Virus record (IMG/VR): IMGVR_UViG_3300042566_001780
Span: 1-64,000 of that record
Direction: 5' to 3' (one strand)
DNA: 64,000 nt
Position 1 is the stretch's first letter; every line of letters begins with the position of its first letter. Of this stretch, positions 26,901 to 36,648 are shown piece by piece. A program made the translations under genes and the position numbers. Under the pieces are notes generated by a model. The model was not told the DNA's origin, searched no databases, and saw only the letters and a list, made by a program, of their open reading frames with translations.

Positions 26901-29900
26901 CGGTTTCTTTATATCGATTGCATTACCTGAAGTTGATGTTTGGTATTACATTGTTGGATATGTTTACCCGGTAGACTCGATTGGTAATACTAACGATGGA
27001 TCTGGACTTTACAAAATCGAAAATAATCAGTTGATTAGCACCGGGATTAGCTTTAATTGGCATGATTTGTTGCCAATTAGACATCGTGCGCAATTATCCA
27101 ATGCTGATGAGGGTGCCCAAATAATCTTCGGAAAACCTGCCGCACATGCAATAGATGGTTTTGAACCAACTTTATCAGATATTATTTCTGGACAACGCCC
27201 AATCATAAAGCTCCCATTTATTGCTGATGAATTGGTTATTTCTGGTGCTGCTGCAAAAATAAATGACACAACTATTCAGTCAATTACACCATATCCTTCT
27301 AAACTAAATGTAGTTGGTTATGGTCCAGACGCCAATAGTTTTACTCCAATAAAGCTGATCAACTACGCAGATAATGAGCTTGTTGAAGAAATATCATTGT
27401 GGCACCCAGCTGCTGGTTATCATAATGTGACAGCTATTGAGTCGATCAACATTATTTCTAATAAGGATCCTGCTCGTTATAACTCTTCTACACAAGTAGT
27501 CGGAAATGACAACTATGATCCATTAAGAAGTTGGGGATCGAAAGAAGTTGGCAGAGTTTGGTTAGATACAACCAAACTGAAATATGTTCCTTACTACGAT
27601 TCAACTATTTTTGACAATATAGAGCAACGTCTAAATCGTTGGGGTACATTAGCTGATTATGGATCAGTTGATGTTGTTGAGTGGGTTGAATCAACCGTTC
27701 CACCTGCAGAATATGCAGCTCAAGCCGTTTTAGATTTGGCAAATCCCGATATACCTAATAATCTAAAAGCAGATGGTACTGTATACGGCGCAACTACATA
27801 TTCTAGAAATAGACAATGGCAAATGCGCCCTATAGCATGGAGCTACTCAGAGCGCCCTGAAGCTGCTGCACATACTGGTGGTATGATTGGTTCGCGTGGT
27901 TCGTTTAATGCGGACTACGATGCCGGGTTGTTCTTCGTTGAAGATGAATTTGGTAATGGAGAAGTTATTCTCGGAGAAGGTAATTTTGCAGATGCTGGAA
28001 TAACAATAGGCATGCATTTTGGTGAGTTTGAAGACACCCCGGCGAACTTGCGTGCACGGTCTGAGAATGTTATTACTGCTTTCACAAAATCTGTGTATTT
28101 TGGTGAAGGTGATAACTACACCGTCATTACATCTGGAAATAGATTTATTGATGCTTCTGGTAGCCTAAATGGACTTTCTGCAAAGGTTAACATAGAGCTT
28201 CTTCCAGATACTACTTTGACTGGTGAATTAGTTCTGTCTAATCGCGTTGAAGTCATACCAATTTATGACACCGATGGAATAACATCCGGAAAGCAGATCG
28301 TCAAATCATATCTGCGTGCAAGAATTCCCGGTACTGATCAAGATGAAGAAGTTTTAGTTCGTGAAGATCAAGGCTCTGTAGGTATTCAACTTTATGCTAT
28401 CGACACTGCAGCAGTAATTGCTGGTTTGTATGAGGCAGTAAACAACGTTGAACCAGGCAAGGCATTATTCAAAGACACATTGATTGGAACTCGCCCATTA
28501 GCTGACATTTCTAATGAAGGTGACGTATCATTCTATGATCTAGCAGTGTATCAATCCTGGGTTGATGGATCTATCTCTAATCAAACTATGATTGATTACA
28601 TTGAAAATGTTTTTAATCCATACATCCTGTCTAATCCAACCATCTATGAAAACTATATCAACAATGTAGAGATTGTTGCTACGGAAGCTACCACCATTGA
28701 CATAGAACCCAATCAGCTGTTTACCACAAAGTTCCTAAGTTTAGGTCTCACTGTTAAACTTGAATCTTTGAGCACGACAACTGTTAGTGTGCCAAGTACC
28801 ACGATTTCTCAAATTATGGTAAATGAGCTTAGTACCAATAGACAACTTCGTGTATTAGATGCTGCAAAGTATGATGTGCTAGTTGCAGGTTTAGGATTAA
28901 CATATCTCACCAATGATTTCACTGATCCGGCAAGCTTTGCTGATGATAATGGTACTGGTGGCATTGGGTGGAGAGCTTGGAATGTACCAACCCAAGAAAC
29001 TCTTGACGCGGATAGCAAATATCCAAATTCATCATGGTATCCGATGGCTGGTCCTTTAAGCAATATCTCTACGCCGAGTATTACCGTCATACAGCAAATT
29101 GCAGAGACTAATGGCAAGATCACTTTAAGCAATTCAAGTGTAATTGATAGATACAAGTCAGTTTGGACTGATTGGCAATCTATGCTAGATGTCATGATTG
29201 AAAGAACATCACTGGCAACAGGTCAAATGGTAATCACCCTACCAGAAGCAATAGATCCATCTAGACTGTCGGTGTACATCAATGGCATTGCTCAATTAGC
29301 TGGTACATATGATTTGCAAGGTACCTCATTGACAATCAATAATGTCATTTACGGGCATGAGGTAACTGTAATACTTCGTGCATATTCACCATCAAATGAA
29401 GAACTGGAATTTAACCCCGATGTTGAAGATGATTTGCTAAGAGCTTCTCAATACAAGGTAGACTACCAATGTGTAGAAATGCCTATTCGCGATACAAGTG
29501 GTTCTATTTTGACTACTAAGTATTTCTTCTGGGTCAAAAATAGATCATTTACCGCTAGCAAAAAGAAATTATCTGTAAAAACAATTTCTGAAAAACTTCG
29601 TGTGGGTCCTGAGCAATATTTGATCTTCCAAAATATAGTTGACAAGTCATATTACGATTCAGTCAGCATTTTTGGATTATCGCAAATTGTGTCTAAGGAC
29701 AATACCTTTAAATTGCGATTTGTCAGAGATTTGACCTTGCGCGATGATCCAAATGGTTTAGATTTGAAGGATACTCATACAGAGTGGGCATTAATACGCC
29801 CGCGGCAGAGAAATAAGATTCCAGAAGCTTTATGGAGTAAAATGGTTGATTCTGCATGTGGTATGGATTTAGCTGGAAATGCTATTCCATCAGCCAGAAG

Positions 29901-30300
29901 AGCTTCTTATGATTTACGTAACGGCACTTCTATTAGATATGGTTTTGCAGCAGACCAAATTTTGGCTGATCCTAATTTGATCAAATCAACACTTTTGAAC
30001 ACTATTCTAAATACAAAGTTAACCGAAAAATCTGGTGATCTGGTTTTTGCAGACTATATAACATTCTTAGATTATTCTAATTATGAAGCTTGGTTTGCTA
30101 CTCCTGAATCTACTAGAGCAATATTAACTGATATTTGGAATAAAGCAAAGTCTAGTCAAATCAATGAATTGTTTTTTGCAGTCCTTGAGGACGTAGTTGC
30201 AGCGAATTATGAATTGACAGATATTTTCAAAACGTCTAGATTGAGTGTTCAATCTGTTCGTACAGTGGATACTTTAGCTTACATCCCAACTTATGAATAA
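20914..30300 (+). CDS. Very large baseplate/tail structural protein (3128 aa)
   Basis: Follows gp6; beta-rich; two copies of the tail-protein module RVL.K....NGI.VVS.G.W. Confidence 0.7.
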   Translation: MSNDFSIKYQNMINLIPSQLRNPTVVTIVDNLFNRFLTAEEAIPLYGYVGTPSISTVNLPQIRQLTVERSVNTLLPVYSFKLGTKNHSFTPQDIINKMLVLGASDNQATWLYSQGNNFAPPIDFDKFANFYNYYWIAANVTDSISWNPDLVPEYYCIEKPKEADLDKLNVVTASSGSTALTGSGFFNQIWNLTFTSSTTVTVTATGPLVGFLPNQQIQFFTLKPIPAVPDGGSWPVIEDTIEFKAGRLNQTLIALKIRREPIFDINGDLVQYETFAVNDQFIIDAPFISNIHNLTFTGSTGPKGSIVSVNTLSEYQIISGVTLKKNDRVLIKDNPAFDNGIYVVSEGTWSKAADFNSTTAAAGARVWVQGGSNARNLYTAVQASNGWNWTLTSSNVESNVNDWQQYNFWVSRDDLASLGLTVSDAQQAVRPIIEFKNGIKLNSYVNNGLPADSGIAYTQLKSQINQIPLFDVYHYDGTHANVASGIFFYVEDHTSDIDPALQKRVKFSTGLSKDFIFDHGLYNPSGSTFFYKINNQLKSIWHPGYTEKTVVDTVFAGEGNGTLSVSLSNASPFITQQIWTLTAISATQFSVSGSKNKIVNPPYNVLTVGQPYNYALFSATITNGSIPFSIGDTFTFRVGNLETARYSRLLDTGEICDVCGGFEYDALQIGAWKIPKMFYTNIRGSSGSEVSEGIVNSHLKSILANQPSGALENRAFGGSIKLWSEPVNLFASLMMQRDVTPITLVDLAERQYQNTYLAIISLFQKNVLPFISANGAINTIEKLDIFIDHLLNLRALDEDVKTVLFDSTSPVKGFPPTLPQMGAIPLVSPGLVLDEELGVVALRRHDGSLFPLFNNTQDFLDQFVPPGTSLPQDLAQLLNDVIAQLEVRLFRGISSQQKTYFSLDDVKNALSGPLASYMHKELASWAASNNYDMYGTDYEAGNAFTWNYSFANTNDCASISQSAVPARWFNFLQSHQSSVTGVIPTSRPDLNPWKLVGLANDPGSSWDIYRSQVTPSMLNSGFIDGGSVSVVLYNSSTLQSTSLFGLPIIDGYQCVEGEKILLASEQMARNNGIWVVSSGSWTRDSIALVEGTVVFVVNGQYRNNTRWYLLNDVDSINVDDVNFCQVRQWSDAMWQFIQTSKPNLKISVNPFTDELLPPYVNNGLIIAPYALTNVMPSKASSTYEFGESSPVETAWQRTAEFRYGLVRALFRKDPLGWLSHLWGMEWVTVDNIAYCMSLVTMPTTENLPLHGDVTSAVERQNPFIFASITGPANSSLTVVRDSFTADNKQGWTVFYQNLPIGHLKEGVLYSNITSSGFTFIGLQIEDEGKPFSLGDKFEIQINSLGYSDNVLFIPINRRVMNGFCQIFAFALRQAALSSENAYAMKAYRSWTPNLGYRAGGLVSLDDLKIDASNGDVSSAAFELRLKKSRFAKDSWLHALRIKVAAIGSSYASTNKTFVPASNADDWVFRIEGYNDRYTELSFYELAQDSNYITFNALDKTATKLEWKKYATKVELKTTQLPVTITGLQNVINFLFGYEYKLIEDGWRFDDPTSSSIDAETGRARSWQLEVEKLVDRVFRGINESQGTVINPFLDKVWVDHPTGLLGDFSVTGMFDINADAAIFDIFGTKIAPNEMSVLRQRERSEISSNIPIFSAHIQIDEIEHLFVFNNFAQPSLNDQLLYDPYSGAQIANITLNGRFQGNGTLRPEIGGYFLSDGQLKRNIRASVDGVATMYDANKAFENSTISNHAFALLGFNLKDYLSDLDLTDKSQFNFWRGLVHMKGTNESIDAFLNNGKFADTILDEFWAYKVAEYGDSRSKVFPELKIQSADAIQQFTKLQFDGTTPLLDFTQISSLDEDRWFSIDDISEKTKFETKLVGNYDLSNGVNLIDTSWWAQNAAVPIGWAIYGSAPENSFILAETYYGVNEDLWLANAGAAGSSFFGPDGGWSIGGFNADIDRTKTYRFILPVKRLTEENGTVQFGLTGVANLNTPVEASNGFFISIALPEVDVWYYIVGYVYPVDSIGNTNDGSGLYKIENNQLISTGISFNWHDLLPIRHRAQLSNADEGAQIIFGKPAAHAIDGFEPTLSDIISGQRPIIKLPFIADELVISGAAAKINDTTIQSITPYPSKLNVVGYGPDANSFTPIKLINYADNELVEEISLWHPAAGYHNVTAIESINIISNKDPARYNSSTQVVGNDNYDPLRSWGSKEVGRVWLDTTKLKYVPYYDSTIFDNIEQRLNRWGTLADYGSVDVVEWVESTVPPAEYAAQAVLDLANPDIPNNLKADGTVYGATTYSRNRQWQMRPIAWSYSERPEAAAHTGGMIGSRGSFNADYDAGLFFVEDEFGNGEVILGEGNFADAGITIGMHFGEFEDTPANLRARSENVITAFTKSVYFGEGDNYTVITSGNRFIDASGSLNGLSAKVNIELLPDTTLTGELVLSNRVEVIPIYDTDGITSGKQIVKSYLRARIPGTDQDEEVLVREDQGSVGIQLYAIDTAAVIAGLYEAVNNVEPGKALFKDTLIGTRPLADISNEGDVSFYDLAVYQSWVDGSISNQTMIDYIENVFNPYILSNPTIYENYINNVEIVATEATTIDIEPNQLFTTKFLSLGLTVKLESLSTTTVSVPSTTISQIMVNELSTNRQLRVLDAAKYDVLVAGLGLTYLTNDFTDPASFADDNGTGGIGWRAWNVPTQETLDADSKYPNSSWYPMAGPLSNISTPSITVIQQIAETNGKITLSNSSVIDRYKSVWTDWQSMLDVMIERTSLATGQMVITLPEAIDPSRLSVYINGIAQLAGTYDLQGTSLTINNVIYGHEVTVILRAYSPSNEELEFNPDVEDDLLRASQYKVDYQCVEMPIRDTSGSILTTKYFFWVKNRSFTASKKKLSVKTISEKLRVGPEQYLIFQNIVDKSYYDSVSIFGLSQIVSKDNTFKLRFVRDLTLRDDPNGLDLKDTHTEWALIRPRQRNKIPEALWSKMVDSACGMDLAGNAIPSARRASYDLRNGTSIRYGFAADQILADPNLIKSTLLNTILNTKLTEKSGDLVFADYITFLDYSNYEAWFATPESTRAILTDIWNKAKSSQINELFFAVLEDVVAANYELTDIFKTSRLSVQSVRTVDTLAYIPTYE

Positions 30301-30311
30301 CGAAATGAATT

Positions 30312-33300
30312 ATGGCATCAAATAAAAACACCGTTTATACGAAGGCATTAGTTAGTTTTCTGCTTGATACAAAGCCGTATAGTAGAAAACTAACTGAAAT
30401 CAATGAAATCTATAAACTGGATGAATCCATAAGTGTTTCATTTAGTGATGAATTATTCACGGGTGCTACGCTAAAGTCTGCTTGGCCATATTCATTTTTT
30501 TCAAGTGGTTCTTCATCGCTGCAACCATTAAAGTTCCAGCGTATTAGCAATTACCAAGATTACGGCAAATATGTCAATAATCAACAATTACTAAGTCGTG
30601 GGGCTTTTAAAATTGGCCGAGATGAGAGCGTCAGCCTTAGCATGATTCCTAATACCTATGATCCAAAATCATTATCTGGTATTGGGCTTAAGGATTGCTA
30701 TGTCCAAAAAGAGGGCAATCCTGTTGATGTCCAATACTTAATTGAAGGTATTGATCATTTCTTAAGTAAAGGTAGTTATTCATTTCAAGTAAAACAGATT
30801 ACTGGATCAAATGTATCCGGGACCATTATCAAAACTTATGATGATTTAGATGGTCCATTTCCGACAGATGTTGAGATTACTTTTGAATATGATGAGTTAA
30901 TTTTACTTGGGCCAGTGATTCAAGTTGATAGTAATACTATTCGTGTAACAAACCCAGGTGAAATAAAGGTTTACGGTACGATTAATGGTGGTGCATATAG
31001 CCCGCAATTCACTGAACTGCGCAATGAAGCTATTATTTCTGCAGCGCAACAAGCGGCAGCAAATGCTGCATATGATTTGGATAATCCAAATAGCGCTATT
31101 AATCAAATTTCTAGCATCATGGATGCAATTGATGCTCAGTTGACAATCACGCCAAATACTGAAGCACAAAGGGAAGTTGACTCCATCTTTTCTATTTTAG
31201 AAACACCGAAATTACCTTATTCTTATGCAGATCTAATTGGTGCATTAATTAATGCAAGCACACCAGTAATATCTGGATATGCTTCATGGAATAATGTATC
31301 TCTTAAACTTGAATCTCTTAGCCCAAGAATCTTGTTTAATGATTTCACTGATATGAGCTTGAGAGAATCTGGCAAGCTTAATTATGTCGATATTGTTGAT
31401 GACACTATCCAAATAACTAATATTGATCCAAATATTGATCGTGAAAATTACGAAGAGTTTACAGTAACGGCTATCAGCGACACTCAATTATTAGTGTCGG
31501 GTAGTTTATCAGGTAATATTGGACTTGCAGAATTAGGTTCACGTTTTGAGAGTGATTATCTAAACTTCGACGTGTCTGCAGGAACTAACTTACTTGTGGT
31601 TGGTTCAAAATTTGTACTAACGCCAAGCGCGAAAATTACAGTTTCTAAAAATACTACTGCACAATCATGGTCAGTAATAAAAACTAATCCAATTGCTTAT
31701 TCGCGCCCGGTATATGCATCACCAACTAATGCATATGCAAAAATAATATCGTTAGATGCAAAAGAAGGTCAAATAACATTTTTAGATCAAGATTTTCCAT
31801 CTGGCAAATTAGAACTAGAAGTCATTTCTGCTACCCAAGCCCGGATGTATTGTGAAAATGAGCCTACTTATTCTCCATTAATTACATTCAACACTGTATT
31901 CAATGACGGTCGTCTTGGATTCACTGTTGTAAATGGCACTTTTGCGCCATTGCAAATAGGTGATCGCATCTTAATGCGAGTATTAAATCTTCCTCCAAAT
32001 GTTGAAGGTTTAGATTTGTACTTTGGTTATGATGTTGATGCATATGATGCAAACAATTTAGTTTACAACAATGTGTCATCAGCTATTGAAAACTACCTAA
32101 CAACAATCGACTTTGGTTTTGACAGCAGGTTTATCGGATACGATCTTGCAACATTTAATTTAGTCATTGATGATAATGCAGTTAGCAATAGAGCATGGAG
32201 ATTAAGGGCTCTTGCTGATTTATCAAAACCGCTGTTAATGCCATCTGGGATTGTTAATTTGCTTGGTACAGATGATCCAACAAATCCTACAGCATTTGCA
32301 AAATATGATAGTGATAATGATGCTACATCAGAAGGAATTCAGAGCTCCACTGATTTTGATGATTTAGATGATTTGCAATTGTGGTATGCAAATAGATTTG
32401 CATTAGAATATCAGGATGGGGAAGCCGGCATATGGCAAACAGTGAATGCGAACATTCAAGTAAATCAGCGTTACACTTTTTCTGAATATGGAATAGCTTT
32501 TACTGTCGTTCCAGCAGCAAAACCATTTATTGCATCTAGATCCACATCCACTCAATATGTAAACACCTCTGGCGGATTAGTTACATCAGTGGTTGATGGT
32601 GGCGATATTATCTATTTCAAGATCGTTAATCCAGAACCGAAATTAGAAAATCCAGCATCTATTCTATCCAACACTCCTAGAATGATAATGTATGGAGAGC
32701 ATTTTCATAAATGTCCTTCAGCAAATTGGGTAGTTACGAAAGTCGCAGGAGGCTTCACTCTTCAAGGTAAGTACTCTTCTAATAACATAAATGTCTATTC
32801 AACACCTCTATTTTTATCTTCTGAAGATGGTTTAAGCTATCACATAAAAGAAAACAGTCTGCATTTCACCATAGTTGAAGGTAGAGGAATGGCAGTTGGT
32901 GATACTTTCACCTTCACAACTTTTGAAAATCATGCATCGTTCTTAGTGTATGGATCTGTGACTGGATGGACTGCTCCGGCCAGATTGAATACATGGTATT
33001 GGAATGGACACATCGGCTTCAAGATACGTGCTGCCCAATGCGAATTGTTTGTTGATGGCGAATTACAGTCGACAAATGCTACAAGTTGGGTTACTTCTTA
33101 TGGAAATATTGAGCTTGATTATCTAAAGGAAGATCTATCTGATTCAATTATCAATTTCCAATCATTAGGAAATGGTACTTGGTTAGCATATCGCAATGGT
33201 AATTTACTTGGATCTGGAGTAAATGAAATTGTCATTGATGAATTTGGTATTACTCTGCCAAATGCTCCTGAATCTACAAACATTTCAATGAAGATTCTAG

Positions 33301-36300
33301 GAGCTACTCAAGATTTTGCATTGGGCCAAGACCTTGTTATTCTCAATAGATCAAGTGAAAGATTCCCAGATAACGGAGACTTTCTGGTTATAGAGAGAAT
33401 CGATACCGATGATATGCAATTAGCAATTAAATCATTGGATGTATCGCACTTCAATGATTTACGTAACCTAGGTGCTCAGACAATAGATATCCGCTTCACT
33501 GGTAGCACTAATTCGACTACATCACCAGAGCTGAATACATTGTCCAATTGGATACCTTTAACTAAAAAGTTCATTGGACCTTCTGGAAATGAAGTGCCAT
33601 TTGGGGCAGTATCAACTTCAGTAGAAATATCATCGCCTTTTACATTAGAGAAAATTGCAGAAATAAAGAGCATTGGCAATAATCTAAATGAAGATGTGTA
33701 TGTATTCTGGGATGCAGACTTCTATGAATCTTATTTGCCTCTTAATGCTGAAAGCATCGTATTAGCTAGATCTGCGGGAATGAATGAAAAAGTTAATGTT
33801 AGCTTGACAGAAACTATCAACTTCTTGACATCTGCACCAGGATTGAATGAAAGTTCATTATTTGCAGATACTGTATTTGTGAATATTCAGGAACTTGCAC
33901 AATGGTTTGTTGGCATGAACTATTCAGATGCCATCAATATTGCTGCAGTGGATGGACCATTTGACGGATTCTTACCGGGTTTTGATAATCTTCCGTATGA
34001 CTATGAAACCCTAATAGGTGATTTGAACGGTGAGGGCGGCGGTTATTATGATGCTGGACAACCGTTATTAGCTGCGTTTGATAGAGCTAAAGAGTTAAGC
34101 AATCTTTCAACAATTAGTCCTCAAGAACAACTTGAATTGAATACTTTAATTGGGGTAGTGAATCCTTACTTGGTAGATGGTAGTCTTGCAAACACGTCTA
34201 TTGGAGAATTTATAACTGCAATTGATAGTGATGATGCAATTAACTTTAATTTGACCAATCAGGGATTCGGTTTCCCGAATGTTGGTTTAGCTACTCATAT
34301 AAAGGAAAATTCTACATCTAGTGCATCAAGCAGCATTTTTGATGTGATGACGTTAATCTCTAGGAATCCTGGTACTGCATATGATGCGCGGGGCTATGAT
34401 ATCGGGATGTACGACGAGCCAGCAAGTTCTACTACAATTATTTCTTCGTCAAAAGACGATTTGTATAAGTCATTGCCTGTAGGAATATCATTTAACGAGT
34501 TTGAAACTGATTTGTATGCTATTGCAGATACTGAATCCATTGAATTAAATTTCAATTCTGATGTTAATGGATACCCAGATATTTTCATTTGGGAAAATAG
34601 TTGGAGTAAGCCGGTAAAAGCCTATTATCAAAAGCTGTCTAATAGACAAATTACTATGTCGGTGCCAAGTGCAGGCGAAGTAAAGATAGCAACTTTGGCT
34701 TCTCCAGCAGAGTTATTTGCTAATAATAATGAGATTGGCGCATGGTATGATCCTAGTGACGTGAGCACGTTATTTCAAGACAGCGCAGGAACAATTCCAG
34801 TTACAGCAATTGAGCAGCCGGTGGGGCTTATGCTGGATAAGAGTCGTGGCGGAATAACTAATCAAGGATCCCAGAAGTATAACCTATTATCATTTACAGA
34901 TAATCCTACTGCCATCGGCTGGACTCGTGATAGCGTTACAGCACAAATAAGTCAAATAGAATCTCCATTTTCAACTGGAGCTATCTACAAAGTTAATGAA
35001 AATATAGGTACTGCCCTTCATAGATTCTATAGATCAGTATCAGTATCAACTGCAACAACATATACTTCTACGTCTATTGTTAAAGCTGGAGAAAAAACTA
35101 GGGTAATGCAAACTATGGCACATAGTAGTAGTACCCGTGCGTTCTTAGGTACATTCGATTTATCTACAGGTACAGTGGTATCTTTAACATATGAAGGAAC
35201 TGGTAGTGGTGGGAGCGCAAATATTAAAGATCTAGGTGATGGATGGTATCAAATATCAGTAACTGGTTCTATGAATGCAGCAACTATTTTTGCTGGAATA
35301 CGGTTAGTTGGCCCAGATGGAACATCTACTACTTATGCCGGTGATGGTGTCTCTGGCATATTTTTTGCTGGTATTGATTTACGAATTACAGAATATGTTA
35401 ATAATTTACCTCAATACCAGGTTATTGGTGCGAATTGGACTGATACTATACCAGGAAACCACGCCACTCAATCGACCTCGGCATCTCGGCCTGTGCTGAG
35501 TGCGCGGGTGAACTTGCTGACGAAGACTGAGCAGTTCAATGATGCTGCTTGGGTGAAATCTGCTGTTTCCGTGGTTGGTAATGCCGCGCTTGCTCCAGAC
35601 GGAACATCGACCGCCGATTTGGTTTACCCGTCTTCAAGCGGTACAGGAAGAGTTATTTACCAAACATTTGCACTTACTGCCGGCTCCTACAAGACCTCGT
35701 TTGCATTAAAAGCCGCAGGGAAACAGTGGGCGGCTATTGACGGTACAAATACAACAGCAGCCGCATACTTTGATCTTCAGAATGGTTTAGTCGGCACTGT
35801 TGCTGCTGGGCATACAGCTTCAATACTTCCTCTTGGGGGTGGCTGGTATCGTTGCACAGTAGAAAATACAGCCGCAGGAGGAGCTGCATTTTTCGCAGTA
35901 AGGACAGTTGATGCTAATGGATCAGCAAGCGTCACAACCAACGGAACAGATGGCATCTACATCTGGGGCGCAGACCTGCGAGTAGCCAACGACGGCGTAG
36001 GCTTGCCAGCGTATCAGCGCGTCAACACCAGCACGGATTACGACACGACCGGATTCCCGATGTATCTGCGCTTCGACGGTGTGGATGACGGCATGGTCAC
36101 GAACAGCATCAACTTCACGTCAACTGACAAGATGACGGTATGGGCTGGGGTACGGAAGTTAAGTGATGCTGCGACTAGTATTATTTACGAATTAAGTGCA
36201 GAAGAGACTGTTAATAATGGATCAATGGTTGCATATGCACCAATTACAACATCAGAGTATTCTATACGCAGTCGAGGCACGGCAGCTGCAGTGTCACAGA

Positions 36301-36611
36301 ACCGTGCAATTGTTGATTCGGCACAATATGCAGCGCCCATAACAAACGTGTTTTCAGCAATTCATTCAATTGCTTTAGACAACACAGTGCTTAGACTCAA
36401 TGGTGCCCAGGCAGCGCAATCGAACGGCGATCAAGGAGCAGGAAACTTCGGCAACTACCCACTTTATATTGGGCGGCGTGGCGGCACTACTCTGTCATTC
36501 AACGGCCGTATCTACAGTCTAGTCATCCGTGGAGCTCAATCTTCAGAAGAAGAAATCACTACAATTGAATCATGGGTAAACCAAAGAACTAAAGCGCTCC
36601 CGTCTCTATGA
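30312..36611 (+). CDS. Large tail fibre/baseplate protein with C-terminal carbohydrate-binding/LamG-like modules (2099 aa)
   Basis: Beta-rich; C-terminus WYDPSD...LRFDGVDD...LYIGRRGG..FNGRIYSLVIR typical of concanavalin/LamG-like folds. Confidence 0.7.
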   Translation: MASNKNTVYTKALVSFLLDTKPYSRKLTEINEIYKLDESISVSFSDELFTGATLKSAWPYSFFSSGSSSLQPLKFQRISNYQDYGKYVNNQQLLSRGAFKIGRDESVSLSMIPNTYDPKSLSGIGLKDCYVQKEGNPVDVQYLIEGIDHFLSKGSYSFQVKQITGSNVSGTIIKTYDDLDGPFPTDVEITFEYDELILLGPVIQVDSNTIRVTNPGEIKVYGTINGGAYSPQFTELRNEAIISAAQQAAANAAYDLDNPNSAINQISSIMDAIDAQLTITPNTEAQREVDSIFSILETPKLPYSYADLIGALINASTPVISGYASWNNVSLKLESLSPRILFNDFTDMSLRESGKLNYVDIVDDTIQITNIDPNIDRENYEEFTVTAISDTQLLVSGSLSGNIGLAELGSRFESDYLNFDVSAGTNLLVVGSKFVLTPSAKITVSKNTTAQSWSVIKTNPIAYSRPVYASPTNAYAKIISLDAKEGQITFLDQDFPSGKLELEVISATQARMYCENEPTYSPLITFNTVFNDGRLGFTVVNGTFAPLQIGDRILMRVLNLPPNVEGLDLYFGYDVDAYDANNLVYNNVSSAIENYLTTIDFGFDSRFIGYDLATFNLVIDDNAVSNRAWRLRALADLSKPLLMPSGIVNLLGTDDPTNPTAFAKYDSDNDATSEGIQSSTDFDDLDDLQLWYANRFALEYQDGEAGIWQTVNANIQVNQRYTFSEYGIAFTVVPAAKPFIASRSTSTQYVNTSGGLVTSVVDGGDIIYFKIVNPEPKLENPASILSNTPRMIMYGEHFHKCPSANWVVTKVAGGFTLQGKYSSNNINVYSTPLFLSSEDGLSYHIKENSLHFTIVEGRGMAVGDTFTFTTFENHASFLVYGSVTGWTAPARLNTWYWNGHIGFKIRAAQCELFVDGELQSTNATSWVTSYGNIELDYLKEDLSDSIINFQSLGNGTWLAYRNGNLLGSGVNEIVIDEFGITLPNAPESTNISMKILGATQDFALGQDLVILNRSSERFPDNGDFLVIERIDTDDMQLAIKSLDVSHFNDLRNLGAQTIDIRFTGSTNSTTSPELNTLSNWIPLTKKFIGPSGNEVPFGAVSTSVEISSPFTLEKIAEIKSIGNNLNEDVYVFWDADFYESYLPLNAESIVLARSAGMNEKVNVSLTETINFLTSAPGLNESSLFADTVFVNIQELAQWFVGMNYSDAINIAAVDGPFDGFLPGFDNLPYDYETLIGDLNGEGGGYYDAGQPLLAAFDRAKELSNLSTISPQEQLELNTLIGVVNPYLVDGSLANTSIGEFITAIDSDDAINFNLTNQGFGFPNVGLATHIKENSTSSASSSIFDVMTLISRNPGTAYDARGYDIGMYDEPASSTTIISSSKDDLYKSLPVGISFNEFETDLYAIADTESIELNFNSDVNGYPDIFIWENSWSKPVKAYYQKLSNRQITMSVPSAGEVKIATLASPAELFANNNEIGAWYDPSDVSTLFQDSAGTIPVTAIEQPVGLMLDKSRGGITNQGSQKYNLLSFTDNPTAIGWTRDSVTAQISQIESPFSTGAIYKVNENIGTALHRFYRSVSVSTATTYTSTSIVKAGEKTRVMQTMAHSSSTRAFLGTFDLSTGTVVSLTYEGTGSGGSANIKDLGDGWYQISVTGSMNAATIFAGIRLVGPDGTSTTYAGDGVSGIFFAGIDLRITEYVNNLPQYQVIGANWTDTIPGNHATQSTSASRPVLSARVNLLTKTEQFNDAAWVKSAVSVVGNAALAPDGTSTADLVYPSSSGTGRVIYQTFALTAGSYKTSFALKAAGKQWAAIDGTNTTAAAYFDLQNGLVGTVAAGHTASILPLGGGWYRCTVENTAAGGAAFFAVRTVDANGSASVTTNGTDGIYIWGADLRVANDGVGLPAYQRVNTSTDYDTTGFPMYLRFDGVDDGMVTNSINFTSTDKMTVWAGVRKLSDAATSIIYELSAEETVNNGSMVAYAPITTSEYSIRSRGTAAAVSQNRAIVDSAQYAAPITNVFSAIHSIALDNTVLRLNGAQAAQSNGDQGAGNFGNYPLYIGRRGGTTLSFNGRIYSLVIRGAQSSEEEITTIESWVNQRTKALPSL

Positions 36612-36617
36612 TTTTCA

Positions 36618-36625
36618 CTAAATAG
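36618..36625 (+). promoter_or_regulatory. Putative late promoter CTAAATAG
   Basis: Upstream of 36649 with GAGG RBS. Confidence 0.7.
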
Positions 36626-36648
36626 ATCAAATTACTTAAGAGGAATTT

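Noticed and set aside
34881-36600. Diversity-generating retroelement target in tail tip
   Set aside because: No near-identical TR/VR nucleotide pair differing at adenines, and no reverse transcriptase in the window.
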